A program made the translations under genes and the position numbers. Below the pieces are notes generated by a model. It searched no databases. It saw nothing but the letters and a program-made list of their open reading frames with translations, and was not told the DNA's origin. 64,000 bases of DNA, from the NCBI GenBank assembly GCA_900767135.1, contig CAAFYU010000005.1, forward strand, positions 18,371 through 82,370, given 5' to 3'. Origin of the DNA: Candidatus Gastranaerophilales bacterium (lineage in GTDB: Bacteria > Cyanobacteriota > Vampirovibrionia > Gastranaerophilales > Gastranaerophilaceae). The first letter of the stretch is position 1. Each line of letters opens with the position of its first letter. This document shows, in pieces, positions 46,047 to 55,498 of the stretch.

Positions 46047-46211
46047 CTACACATCTTCCGGAATAAAGAAATCTACTTTTGACAACAATTCGCGAGTATG
46101 TTCATAACAGCACGAGTTATGGCAAATTTCTTGGTACTCACGAACGATACTCAATACATCATCTACTGACATTTTGATAATTCTTCTTTCGCCATCAATA
46201 ATTCTAGCCAT
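46047..46211 (-). CDS. Small Cys-containing hypothetical protein (~54 aa)
   Basis: ATG preceded by AAAGGAA. Contains CHNSCCYEH. Lies between convergent genes. Weakly supported. Confidence 0.3.
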   Translation of the reverse strand: MARIIDGERRIIKMSVDDVLSIVREYQEICHNSCCYEHTRELLSKVDFFIPEDV

Positions 46212-46365
46212 AGTTTTAATTCCTTTCAAAATTATCTACGGCAAATTTTTTTAAACCTTTTGCAAAATCGTGTATTAGGTTTAGAAATGAAGTATAGAAT
46301 GTGAATGTACATTTAAATTTAATTGGTTGCTATAAATTTATTCTTTTTTATAATATAGTTTTTAT

Positions 46366-48057
46366 ATGGGATTAAGCAGAAAAATCTTCAAAAATACAAG
46401 CTATTTTTTACAAGAAATTGCACGAAGTAAAATCGTTTTACAAGCAATTTTAGTCGGATTAATTTCCGGATTGCTCGTAGTACTTTTTAAAATCTGCATA
46501 AATGAATTGTTTGGATTTATTCAAAATAGCATTGCTCACTTTGATTTGCTACATAAGCTGTTTATTTTTCCAATAATAACAACGCTTGGCGGACTTATTT
46601 CCGGCATATTAGTTTTCAAATTCGCACCGGAAACAAAGGGGAGCGGAATTCCGTTTGTCAAAATGGTTATGGCTAGAATGGGCAATATTACTAGACTTAG
46701 AAGTATTATTATCAAATTTATTGCCGGCGTTGCTGGAATCGGAACGGGATTATCTCTTGGCAGAGAAGGTCCTAGTGTTCAGCTCGGAGCTGGTGCAGGT
46801 GCTCTTGTCGGAAAAATATTTAAAATGCGTGGAACAGACCAAAGCAAACTCGTTGCAGCAGGTGCCGGATCTGCAATTGGAGCAACTTTCAACGCACCTA
46901 TTGCCGGAACAGTATTTGTTTTAGAAGAGTTAACAAACAAGTTTTCTGCCAACTTGTTGTTTCCGGTTTTGGTTGCAACTGTTACAGCAGCATCAGTTGC
47001 AAGACACTTTCTCGGGAACAACCCGTCTTTTACAATCCCTTATATTACTCACGACCTATCTTTTGAAGGAATTTCTGTTTGCATAATACTTGGAATTATT
47101 GCTGGCTTTTTAGGCGTAGCATTTGCAAAAATCATATATAAAAACAACGATTTTTTTGAGAATATCAATAAAGTTCCGAACTGGTTAAAACCGGCAATTG
47201 CGGGATTTGTTATAGGAATAATCGGACTTTTTATTCCTTATGTATTAGGATCCGGCAATTTATCAGTTGACTTACTTCTGCAACACAAATTAACATTGAC
47301 TACTGTGTTGTTGGTATTTGTTGCAAAATTTTTCATCACACCATTTTGCTTCGGCTCCGGAGCTGTTGGCGGAATTTTCTTACCAATGTTGATGTTGGGT
47401 TCGTTTTTGGGCTACATTGTTGCATCTGTTTTTAACATACTTGGCATTCAAACAGATGTTATCGTAATGTCTATGATTGGAATGGGAGCTTTTCTGTCAG
47501 CCGTTGCAAGAACTCCAATTACTGCTGTCGTAATGGTATTTGAAATGACAGCCGGCTACACACACATTTTACCAATTATGCTTAGTGCAGCAATCGCCGA
47601 CTTAGTTGCCGAGAAACTCAATCATAGACCAATTTATGCAAGTTTAATTGTAAATCAGGTAAAATCTCCTGAGGCAAAACATTTAAGTAAACTTTTCGTT
47701 CGGGATTTTATGCAACGAGATGTAGTTTGCTTTGAGAATGGAATTTCTTTAAAAGAGGCACAGGAAAAAATGAAAAGCTTTAACCATAAAACATATCCTG
47801 TAAAAACTTCTCATAATAAACTTTTGGGGTTGATAACCAAAGCCGATATTGAAGATGCAATATTCCAAGGAGTTGATGAAGTTGTTGAAATTAACCGTTT
47901 GATGAATCCGTCACCTATTACGATTGAGCAGAACGAAAACTTGTATATCGCATATTTCAGGTTGCATTCAAACAATGCAAAATGTCTTGTTGTTGTTGAC
48001 AAAAACAACAGAATTAAAGGTATAATAACCAGAACAGACATAAATAAAGCAATATAA
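46366..48057 (+). CDS. ClC-family chloride channel / H+-Cl- antiporter with two C-terminal CBS domains
   Basis: GSGIP, GREGP and GxFxP selectivity motifs, about 10 TM helices, C-terminal CBS pair. Confidence 0.85.
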   Translation: MGLSRKIFKNTSYFLQEIARSKIVLQAILVGLISGLLVVLFKICINELFGFIQNSIAHFDLLHKLFIFPIITTLGGLISGILVFKFAPETKGSGIPFVKMVMARMGNITRLRSIIIKFIAGVAGIGTGLSLGREGPSVQLGAGAGALVGKIFKMRGTDQSKLVAAGAGSAIGATFNAPIAGTVFVLEELTNKFSANLLFPVLVATVTAASVARHFLGNNPSFTIPYITHDLSFEGISVCIILGIIAGFLGVAFAKIIYKNNDFFENINKVPNWLKPAIAGFVIGIIGLFIPYVLGSGNLSVDLLLQHKLTLTTVLLVFVAKFFITPFCFGSGAVGGIFLPMLMLGSFLGYIVASVFNILGIQTDVIVMSMIGMGAFLSAVARTPITAVVMVFEMTAGYTHILPIMLSAAIADLVAEKLNHRPIYASLIVNQVKSPEAKHLSKLFVRDFMQRDVVCFENGISLKEAQEKMKSFNHKTYPVKTSHNKLLGLITKADIEDAIFQGVDEVVEINRLMNPSPITIEQNENLYIAYFRLHSNNAKCLVVVDKNNRIKGIITRTDINKAI

Positions 48058-48162
48058 AAGTATAACACAACGCTTGAAAAATCGTTATCTGAATTCTTTC
48101 TCTAATTACTCAAATGACAGTAGGCTTGATAATTTTGAGCAGAGAGTTTGAGTATTGTAAAA

Positions 48163-48201
48163 GTAGGTCGTGTTGAATAAAATGTGTTCAACACGACCTA
48201 C
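48163..48201. terminator. Long perfect stem-loop (15-bp stem) between convergent genes; possible bidirectional terminator
   Basis: GTAGGTCGTGTTGAA / TTCAACACGACCTAC with a 9-nt loop. No strong U-tract on either side. Confidence 0.4.
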
Positions 48202-48229
48202 AGGCTTATAAATTTTAATATAAATCAGT

Positions 48230-49294
48230 TTAAGCTTTTGGATAAAAAAGATTATTATTTTCTTCTACTGCAGATATTATTTTTAAAGCTTTTTTATGTA
48301 AAGGTTTTATTTGTTCAATAAAATCAGAAAGTAATTTTTTTGCTTCATCTAATGGGATATCACATTCTGAAATCGTACCATCAGTTCCAATTATAAATCC
48401 TGTCTTCTCACTTTTACCTTTTAGCTTAATACTTTGTGTATAGTCATAAAATTGTTCGCCTAAATTTCCATTAATATCTATTGTCTGATCTTTAGTAAGC
48501 TTATAATATTCTGACCCTTTCCATAAAGTATAAGATTTCAAATTTTTAGAATAGCCAAAAGATTTCTTTCCTGTGCGATCAAATTCCCAAAGAAATCCAT
48601 CAGGAGTTCCATAAGAATAACAACCCATTCTTTTGGTGCCTTTACTGTATGAATGTATTATTCCCGAGATTTTTCCTTGTTCATCATATGCGAAAATGTC
48701 ACCCGTTTTATAATCTTGACGATATTTTAAGGCATTATCTTCCAAAATACAAAAACCATCTTTTGTATTTATTCTGGTATAATTACCAATAGTCCTCCTT
48801 TCAAATAGTATATTCCCACGCTTGTTCAATACTTTTGTTAGGTTGCCATTATTATCATAATTATATATTTTGGAAAAAACCACCTCTTCACCGTTCAGTT
48901 TTTTTGTATTTTGTAAAACTCCATTTTTATATTCACGTACAACAACTTTTCCATCTTTTAATTTTTGAGTTAATTTTCCTGTATAATTTTCACCGTTTGC
49001 AAGTTTTGCAACACCTTTTTCAAACTTATTGCCGGCTTGCTTAAAAGCATCAATAGCCAAGTCTTTTACTTGTTCTACAGGACGTTGGGTTCCTTCGGTA
49101 ACATTTGAGCCACCTTTTTTACCTCGAGTTGCAAGATAAATTCCGACAGCCCCAAGTGCTGCCAAACCTGTCATTAACAACACTTTCCCGTTTTTATGTT
49201 CTGTTACCTGAGTTTCGGGTTCTGAGGAAAAAGATTGTTTATCTTTGGAAGTTACAATGTTAGTTTGAATATTTTTTATAGGGTCAATAGACAC
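48230..49294 (-). CDS. Membrane-anchored protein with YD-repeat-like motifs (…IYNYDNNGNLTKV…, …FAYDEQGKISGI…)
   Basis: 354 aa. N-terminal TM helix (LLMTGLAALGAVGIYLA). Repeated YxYDxxG(N/K)(L/I) pattern. Confidence 0.45.
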   Translation of the reverse strand: MSIDPIKNIQTNIVTSKDKQSFSSEPETQVTEHKNGKVLLMTGLAALGAVGIYLATRGKKGGSNVTEGTQRPVEQVKDLAIDAFKQAGNKFEKGVAKLANGENYTGKLTQKLKDGKVVVREYKNGVLQNTKKLNGEEVVFSKIYNYDNNGNLTKVLNKRGNILFERRTIGNYTRINTKDGFCILEDNALKYRQDYKTGDIFAYDEQGKISGIIHSYSKGTKRMGCYSYGTPDGFLWEFDRTGKKSFGYSKNLKSYTLWKGSEYYKLTKDQTIDINGNLGEQFYDYTQSIKLKGKSEKTGFIIGTDGTISECDIPLDEAKKLLSDFIEQIKPLHKKALKIISAVEENNNLFYPKA

Positions 49295-49638
49295 AAATTT
49301 ACCTCCACATTTTACCTATATATTTTACCTACATATATTAAACCTTAAATGAAAAGATATTTGCTATATTGGGCTTTTAAAAACATTTTTATTTACAATA
49401 CTTAATAGTTTGAAACTTGGAGTGTCTATCCAACAAATTCAAATTACCCAAATTACTCTTTATTTACTCTGGGATAAAATCGGTTTGTGGAGTAAATATA
49501 AGGCAGATTTGTTAAATACTCAAAAAAGTACACTAATTACTCAAAATGACAACTAATAGCCTCCCCCCCCTAGGCCTAACGTTCTATTGCCTTTTAAAAA
49601 CTTAGCTATCTAACCACTTTACTCGCTATTCATAAAAA

Positions 49639-49715
49639 TGGTCGGGACGACAAGATTCGAACTTGCGACCCCCGCGACCCGAACACGGTGCGCTACCAGG
49701 CTGCGCTACGTCCCG
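49639..49715 (-). tRNA. tRNA-Pro (anticodon CGG)
   Basis: Manually folded cloverleaf. Acceptor CGGGACG/CGTCCCG, D-arm GCGC/GCGC, anticodon stem CCGTG/CGCGG with loop TTCGGGT, T-arm GCAAG-TTCGAAT-CTTGT, discriminator A plus encoded CCA. Confidence 0.85.
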
Positions 49716-49837
49716 ACAATTTTTAGCTTTTGGAAAAATTCGTTATCGAACTTCTTAAACCTACTAAATTATAAATCGTAAATATTTTTTGTAAATTAAT
49801 AATTGCAAAAATTTAAAAAAAATGTTAAAATTCTCCT

Positions 49838-50917
49838 ATGAATATTAAAGATTTTAGAAAAATTATTTTTATGAATTCTCAATATTGTACTTACTATTTT
49901 GTTGGAAACAGTACAATTTTGGCAGGCATTTTACGCAATAACGGCTACCTTTATCCGCATAAATTAGAAAAAGAAGAACTTAAAGCTGTTGAAAAGAAAT
50001 ACAGAAAATACACAACTATTTTAAACTGCGTTGTCGCAATCGGAATTATTTTATTTTTATACCTAATCGTTTTTCCACATTTTTTACAATTATTTGACGG
50101 TCAGTTTTTCGTTGTCTTATTTTCTCTTTGTATGCTACCTTTGGTTCTGCTTTATTTGACTTATGTCATTGCAAATTCTTTCTTCGAAAAATTTTTGACG
50201 AATAAATTTGGAACGTATAAAAAAACAGCTTTTAAACCAAGCGTTAAATATATTCAAGATGAAACTTTTGATGAATATGAAAAAACTCCGAGAAAAAGTA
50301 TCTATGTAGCTCTTATACTTGCTGTAATGTTTTGTGGCTACATTTTAACTCCGTTTATAATAAACGATATGAACATCGGAAAAAACTATATAGGGGCCGA
50401 AAAATTATCAAATCTATACCTAACATTTGTACCGATTTCTGCTGATACTTATGCTTCACGAGCTTACGCCAAGTTTGGCCAAAAACAATATAAAGAAGCA
50501 ATTGTTGATTATGAATTAGCAAATAAATACAGTATGTCAGACAGCTTTTTAACCGATATAACTGGGGTAAAAACATATTTTATGCCATATCCGGACATGA
50601 TAAAAGAATTTGACAAAGCAATTGCAGAAGAACAAGAAGAAGGTTCAAAATATTTCTTACGTTGCGAAAAAGCAATTTATCAATTAAAAAACAATAAAGA
50701 CACAAATCTTGCTTATGCAGAATTAAACAAACTTTTAGCCGACTTTGAAAACGGGAAAGATGTATATTTTTCACCGGCACTGGCATTTTTTATGCGAGGT
50801 CAGGTAAAAACCAAATTAGGCGATTTACAAGGAGCTAAAAAAGATTTTGCAGAAGCAAAAAAAATGTGCCCTGATTGTAAATATACTTATGAAACAAACT
50901 TAATCAGAAAGCCATAG
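49838..50917 (+). CDS. Membrane protein with a C-terminal TPR-like region
   Basis: Several TM helices in the N-terminal half. TPR-like helices at the C-terminus (YAKFGQKQYKEAIVDYELANKY; GDLQGAKKDFAEAKKMCP). No clear RBS. Confidence 0.45.
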   Translation: MNIKDFRKIIFMNSQYCTYYFVGNSTILAGILRNNGYLYPHKLEKEELKAVEKKYRKYTTILNCVVAIGIILFLYLIVFPHFLQLFDGQFFVVLFSLCMLPLVLLYLTYVIANSFFEKFLTNKFGTYKKTAFKPSVKYIQDETFDEYEKTPRKSIYVALILAVMFCGYILTPFIINDMNIGKNYIGAEKLSNLYLTFVPISADTYASRAYAKFGQKQYKEAIVDYELANKYSMSDSFLTDITGVKTYFMPYPDMIKEFDKAIAEEQEEGSKYFLRCEKAIYQLKNNKDTNLAYAELNKLLADFENGKDVYFSPALAFFMRGQVKTKLGDLQGAKKDFAEAKKMCPDCKYTYETNLIRKP

Positions 50918-50988
50918 AATATTACTCTCTTTGGTATTGAGTTTTCATTTTTTTTAAGTTATTCTGAACATACAAAAGGGAGAGATGT

Positions 50989-52260
50989 ATGCTTATTTTA
51001 GAAGACTTGAAAGAAATTAATGACGTAATAAAAGAACTTGCAGAATTCGTCCAAAATGATGAAGCTGTTAAACCTGATTTTGAAGAATATATAAAAACTG
51101 TGAACGGAATGAATTTCCAATCAGCTTGTTTTAATTATATTTTTGAAAGAAATCTTAACCATAAAAGTATCCTGACTTTGTTTTTAGAGAATTCAAAAAA
51201 ACTTTCTGCATCTACTAAAAAGATTGTGAAAGCATTAATGGACTCTATATCTTCAATTTTTGAAGTAAAAAGAGTTTTACAAAACGGATTCGATTTAAAC
51301 AATATTATCAATGAAAAAACTTATGGCGTTGTTTCACTCGTAAAAATGACTTCTTTCAGAGGAATTGGAGCAGGTCAATATGTTGTTGCAAGGATTTTCA
51401 AGTTTGAAAAAGCATACTATTTATTAGAAATTTCAGGAGTTTTGCCATCTTCAAGAAAAGATGATGCTTTAAGATATTCTGTCGCAAAAATTATCCAAAA
51501 CCCTGAACTTGTTTACCTTGACAACCCTGCAAAACAAAAAGAAATTGAAAAAGAAGTTAAAGATATTTATGACAAATTTATCGAGTTTTTTGGAAAAGAT
51601 GAAGTTGTTACAACAAATAAATTTGCAGATGATTTAATAGGTGCGTTCAATGATTTTGCAGAAGGTGGCGAAAAAGTTGATTTTAAAGAAAAAATTCAAC
51701 TTCCGGAAAGTTATAAATTTTTTGACGTAAATGAATTCAATAATTCTTACGAAAACTTCTTAGAAAACTCATTGGGCGGTTTTTCTTCGCACAAAGAAAC
51801 CTATGATGTTGGGATCGTTTTTGACAAAGAATTAGGGCTATATGCAGTACCATTTTTTGAAACTTTAAACAAAATTTTTGAAAATCCGGACGGAATTGAA
51901 AACGCAAAAGCTTGTGTTAAATTTTTCTTAGAAAATGACAAGTTCTCCGCAAATATAATCAAACGAGTAGCAGAACGTCACGAAAATTTCATGGAAATCG
52001 TAAACAATTTCTTGGGTACAAATTACAGTTTTGATGAACTTTTAGAACATTACAAATCAAGATATTTAGAGAACAAAATTTTCTCATCTACAACTGTTTT
52101 GTACAAATCCAAAGCTTTTTCAAAAACTTTGGGGATAATCGAAGAAGACATTGAAAAACCGGAACTTGATGGAATTGATTTGAGCAAGATAGGCAGAAAC
52201 GACCCTTGTCCTTGCGGAAGTGGCAAAAAATTCAAAAAATGTTGCGGAGCAAATCTATAA
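50989..52260 (+). CDS. Hypothetical protein with a C-terminal SEC-C metal-binding motif
   Basis: Ends ...[19 protein letters not shown], the SEC-C zinc motif also found at the SecA C-terminus and in YecA. Strong AAGGGAGAG RBS. Confidence 0.55.
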   Translation: MLILEDLKEINDVIKELAEFVQNDEAVKPDFEEYIKTVNGMNFQSACFNYIFERNLNHKSILTLFLENSKKLSASTKKIVKALMDSISSIFEVKRVLQNGFDLNNIINEKTYGVVSLVKMTSFRGIGAGQYVVARIFKFEKAYYLLEISGVLPSSRKDDALRYSVAKIIQNPELVYLDNPAKQKEIEKEVKDIYDKFIEFFGKDEVVTTNKFADDLIGAFNDFAEGGEKVDFKEKIQLPESYKFFDVNEFNNSYENFLENSLGGFSSHKETYDVGIVFDKELGLYAVPFFETLNKIFENPDGIENAKACVKFFLENDKFSANIIKRVAERHENFMEIVNNFLGTNYSFDELLEHYKSRYLENKIFSSTTVLYKSKAFSKTLGIIEEDIEKPELDGIDLSKIGRNDPCPCGSGKKFKKCCGANL

Positions 52261-52324
52261 TTCATTCATACTACATATTTTGGTAGTAGTAATTATAAAC
52301 GAAAAAAGAAATCAATAAACAAAG

Positions 52325-52362
52325 CCAAAGTCGTCATACTTCCCTTAGAATGACGACTTTGG
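52325..52362. terminator. Bidirectional stem-loop terminator between convergent genes
   Basis: 13-bp stem CCAAAGTCGTCAT/ATGACGACTTTGG flanked by A/T runs on both strands. Confidence 0.55.
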
Positions 52363-52381
52363 ACGTAATTTAGATACTTTT

Positions 52382-53533
52382 TTATTTTTTATCCAGATTT
52401 GAAAAATCAATCTTATTTTCGTTGCTCTTTTTAATCAAATATGCTGCAACGATTGCCGTAATCGGCACACAGAAAAGGATTGCAATACTTCCAATCAGGG
52501 CTGAAAGTATTTCTGTCGCAACTTGATTTAGGTTAAAAAACTTGTTCAAATCAATATTACTAGACAACAAAACAAGCGGCAATGAACTTCCCAAATAAAC
52601 CAAAATCAACGTATTTGACATTGTTCCAATAATGTCACGCCCGACATTCATTCCGGAATTAAAAAGTTGTTTAACAGTCAGTGTCTTATCCGTTTCATAA
52701 ATTTCATTAACCGTACTTGCTATTGAAACAGCTGTATCCATCAACGCTCCAAGTGCTGCAATAATCATTGATGCCGCAAGAATTCCGGTAAAACTTAAAT
52801 CCGGTCTTGCGGTATACAAAAACATATTTTCTTCCCCAGCAAAACCTGTCAAATGTGCAAAGTAAATCGCAAGCATCGAAAATCCGCCTGCAAAAATCAA
52901 ACTTATTGACGTTCCGATAATCGCAGCTGAACTCTTTGAATTAAACCCACCTACAAGATAAACTGTCACGATTGTTGAAAGAATTCCAACCAATACGGCT
53001 GATGCAATCGGGCAAAATCCATTCAATATCATTGGGATTAAAACAAAAAATATTAAGCACATCGTTGAAATAATAGAAATTATGCTTGTTGCACCTTTTT
53101 TCTTTCCAATAAACAACAACAACGCAAAAAATATTGCTGTAAAAATATAAATCTGGTTATCCCTTTGAATATCTGCAATAAAAATATCCACATCATCAGG
53201 AGTCGAAACGGTGTCGTCAAGTGGTTCCAAATGCAAAACAACTTTGTCACCTTTTGTTAAATTTATGTCATAAGCAGGGTTTCCGGTGAGCATATTATCA
53301 ACAAGGCGTTCAGTGCCCTTAAATTTTCCGGTCAAAACCTTTACGGTTACAACCTGCTTTGTAGTTTCCTCTCCCTGATTAAGCCCCTTTGCATCTTCAT
53401 ATTGAATTTTCTCAACCAATCCGGTTTCTGACGGCAAAACAGGTTTTCCACTATCATCAGCAAATGACGGAATTACAAAACCAATTAACAAAAATAAAAT
53501 TATTAAAAATTTCTTCATGCTCACATCTCCCAC
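52382..53533 (-). CDS. YibE/F-family membrane protein
   Basis: Signal/anchor plus extracellular domain, then about 8 TM helices; pattern typical of YibE/F. Confidence 0.6.
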   Translation of the reverse strand: MGDVSMKKFLIILFLLIGFVIPSFADDSGKPVLPSETGLVEKIQYEDAKGLNQGEETTKQVVTVKVLTGKFKGTERLVDNMLTGNPAYDINLTKGDKVVLHLEPLDDTVSTPDDVDIFIADIQRDNQIYIFTAIFFALLLFIGKKKGATSIISIISTMCLIFFVLIPMILNGFCPIASAVLVGILSTIVTVYLVGGFNSKSSAAIIGTSISLIFAGGFSMLAIYFAHLTGFAGEENMFLYTARPDLSFTGILAASMIIAALGALMDTAVSIASTVNEIYETDKTLTVKQLFNSGMNVGRDIIGTMSNTLILVYLGSSLPLVLLSSNIDLNKFFNLNQVATEILSALIGSIAILFCVPITAIVAAYLIKKSNENKIDFSNLDKK

Positions 53534-53579
53534 AAATCAGTCTAGCACAAAGTTCAACCAGATTAAATAGAAATGAGAG

Positions 53580-54902
53580 CTAATTTTTGCAATCTTCAAC
53601 TGATGTCAAAGTTCCTGCAATCGCAACCATAGTCCAGAACACAAACTGAATTTGCGGTCTGAAAAATACTGTATCAACAAAACCATGAATACATACAGCA
53701 CAAATTGAAATTCCAGCCGTTGCAACGAGAATAACTGCCTTCGTATTTTCTGATTTCAAGATAAATTGAACAGAATTTTTTACTAAATTTATCAAAAATC
53801 CGACAAATGCAATCAGTGCAAAGATGCCACTTTCAACAGCGATTTCCAAGAAAATATTATAAGCACTCAATGCATCAAAACCTGTCTTCATGTACAATCC
53901 ATAAATTTCTCTGAAATTTTGGTTTCCTACTCCAATTCCTAAAAGCCAGTTGTCTTTAAACATTTCAACAGATGAGTGATAAACGTTAAATCTGAACGAA
54001 TTTGAGGAATCTTGCCTCATTGCAAATATAGACAAAACTCTTGCTCGCAAAGACGAAACCAACAATATTGCACTTGTCGCAAACGCAACCACACCACCAA
54101 CAACTGACAAATATATTGTTTTGTAATTTTTCCACAAATATTTTGCACTAACTGCAAACATAGAGCAGAAAATCACCATCATTCCAATATAAGAGCCTCT
54201 GCACCCTGTTAAAAACAATGTCAAAGTTGACAACAAGGCTAAAACAACACCTACAATTGATAGTTTATATTTTCTATCTGCCAAAAAGTATGCAGAAAGT
54301 CCATACAAAGCAGGAATTCCGGCAACAAAATATCCGCCTAAAAGGTTCGGATTGAAAGGTTTTAGAGTTCCGTAAACCCTTGTCATAACCTCTTCCGGAT
54401 TTAAGCTTGAAACATCTTGCCAACCTGAGATTTCTTCAACATGAGAAAAGTTTTGTAAAAATCCGACAACTGCCTCGAAACTTACGCATAATCCAATTGC
54501 ACCAAGCAAATACGGGATTTTACTTTTGTTATTTTTCAAATATTGCATAAGTGAAAAATAAAAAGCCATATAAGTAAAAGTTTTAAAAAAACCTTTCAAG
54601 CTCAAATGAAACAAAGTTGAGCCTGCAAGACTTATTATAACAATCATAAAATAAGCCAAAAGCCACAGTTCATATCCTCTGCACGACAAAGTTTCATCAG
54701 GCTTTGTTAATATTTTTACAACTGTTAAAAACACTGTGATTAAGGCAATAAACCCGATTACGTCCGAAGACATTACGGTAGACGCCAAAAATACGAGTAT
54801 TATTGAGGCAAAAATCAATTTGTCTATGTGTTGCAAAAATAAGCTATTTTTATACAAATATTCTGTTTTTTGTTGAGAAAATTTTAATATTTTATTGAAC
54901 AT
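53580..54902 (-). CDS. O-antigen ligase/polymerase-like (Wzy_C) polytopic membrane protein
   Basis: 440 aa, about 12 TM helices, large periplasmic loop near the C-terminal third. Sits near heptose LPS genes. Confidence 0.6.
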   Translation of the reverse strand: MFNKILKFSQQKTEYLYKNSLFLQHIDKLIFASIILVFLASTVMSSDVIGFIALITVFLTVVKILTKPDETLSCRGYELWLLAYFMIVIISLAGSTLFHLSLKGFFKTFTYMAFYFSLMQYLKNNKSKIPYLLGAIGLCVSFEAVVGFLQNFSHVEEISGWQDVSSLNPEEVMTRVYGTLKPFNPNLLGGYFVAGIPALYGLSAYFLADRKYKLSIVGVVLALLSTLTLFLTGCRGSYIGMMVIFCSMFAVSAKYLWKNYKTIYLSVVGGVVAFATSAILLVSSLRARVLSIFAMRQDSSNSFRFNVYHSSVEMFKDNWLLGIGVGNQNFREIYGLYMKTGFDALSAYNIFLEIAVESGIFALIAFVGFLINLVKNSVQFILKSENTKAVILVATAGISICAVCIHGFVDTVFFRPQIQFVFWTMVAIAGTLTSVEDCKN

Positions 54903-55458
54903 CGTTGTTTTCGTTTATTGAATTATGAAATTTATCATCATTAGTTTCAGGCATAACTTTTAAGTCTGAAACAGTACCGTTGAATTTGTAATCTTTACCT
55001 TCAAGAGTAATAGGCAAGCCCATTTTAATCTTGTTACCGCCAACAACAGCACCATCTTTTGTAATTTTAGCAGTGTCTTTTAAAGTAACTGTGATGTCGT
55101 ACATATTTGCTTGTGAAACATCTTCAACAATCATTACTTTTTTGCTGTTCAAAATCGGTAAAACAATTTTCTTTCTGTCAGCTTTTACATCAACGATATC
55201 CAAGTCTGTATAAGGAACATTTCTGATACTAATAAATGTTTTGTCATTTGCTCTCATTGGAATTTCGTTACCAGTTAGAGTTACACCTCTAACAAAAACT
55301 TGGAATGAGATTTGAGAAGTTGCCTCAATTTGCTTAGCTGCTGTTTGCCTAAAATTTTTGTAAGTAAAAAATCCGACAAGTAACGCCACAATTACACCTG
55401 CAATTATAATCAAATCCACAGGTCTAAACTTTTTTAGTATTTCTGTTAATTTTTCCAT
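54892..55458 (-). CDS. Membrane-anchored hypothetical protein (DUF4330-like)
   Basis: 188 aa, single N-terminal TM helix. Overlaps the downstream gene by 11 nt. Confidence 0.45.
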   Translation of the reverse strand: MEKLTEILKKFRPVDLIIIAGVIVALLVGFFTYKNFRQTAAKQIEATSQISFQVFVRGVTLTGNEIPMRANDKTFISIRNVPYTDLDIVDVKADRKKIVLPILNSKKVMIVEDVSQANMYDITVTLKDTAKITKDGAVVGGNKIKMGLPITLEGKDYKFNGTVSDLKVMPETNDDKFHNSINENNDVQ

Positions 55459-55498
55459 TTTAAAGTTCTCTCCATATATTTTTATTAATTACTGTTGG

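Noticed and set aside
49540-49640. GC-rich tract (CTCCCCCCCCTAGGCC) downstream of tRNA-Pro considered as a tRNA terminator or att site
   Set aside because: No convincing hairpin with a U-tract and no repeat of the tRNA 3' end was found. Kept only as a note within the tRNA-neighbourhood finding.
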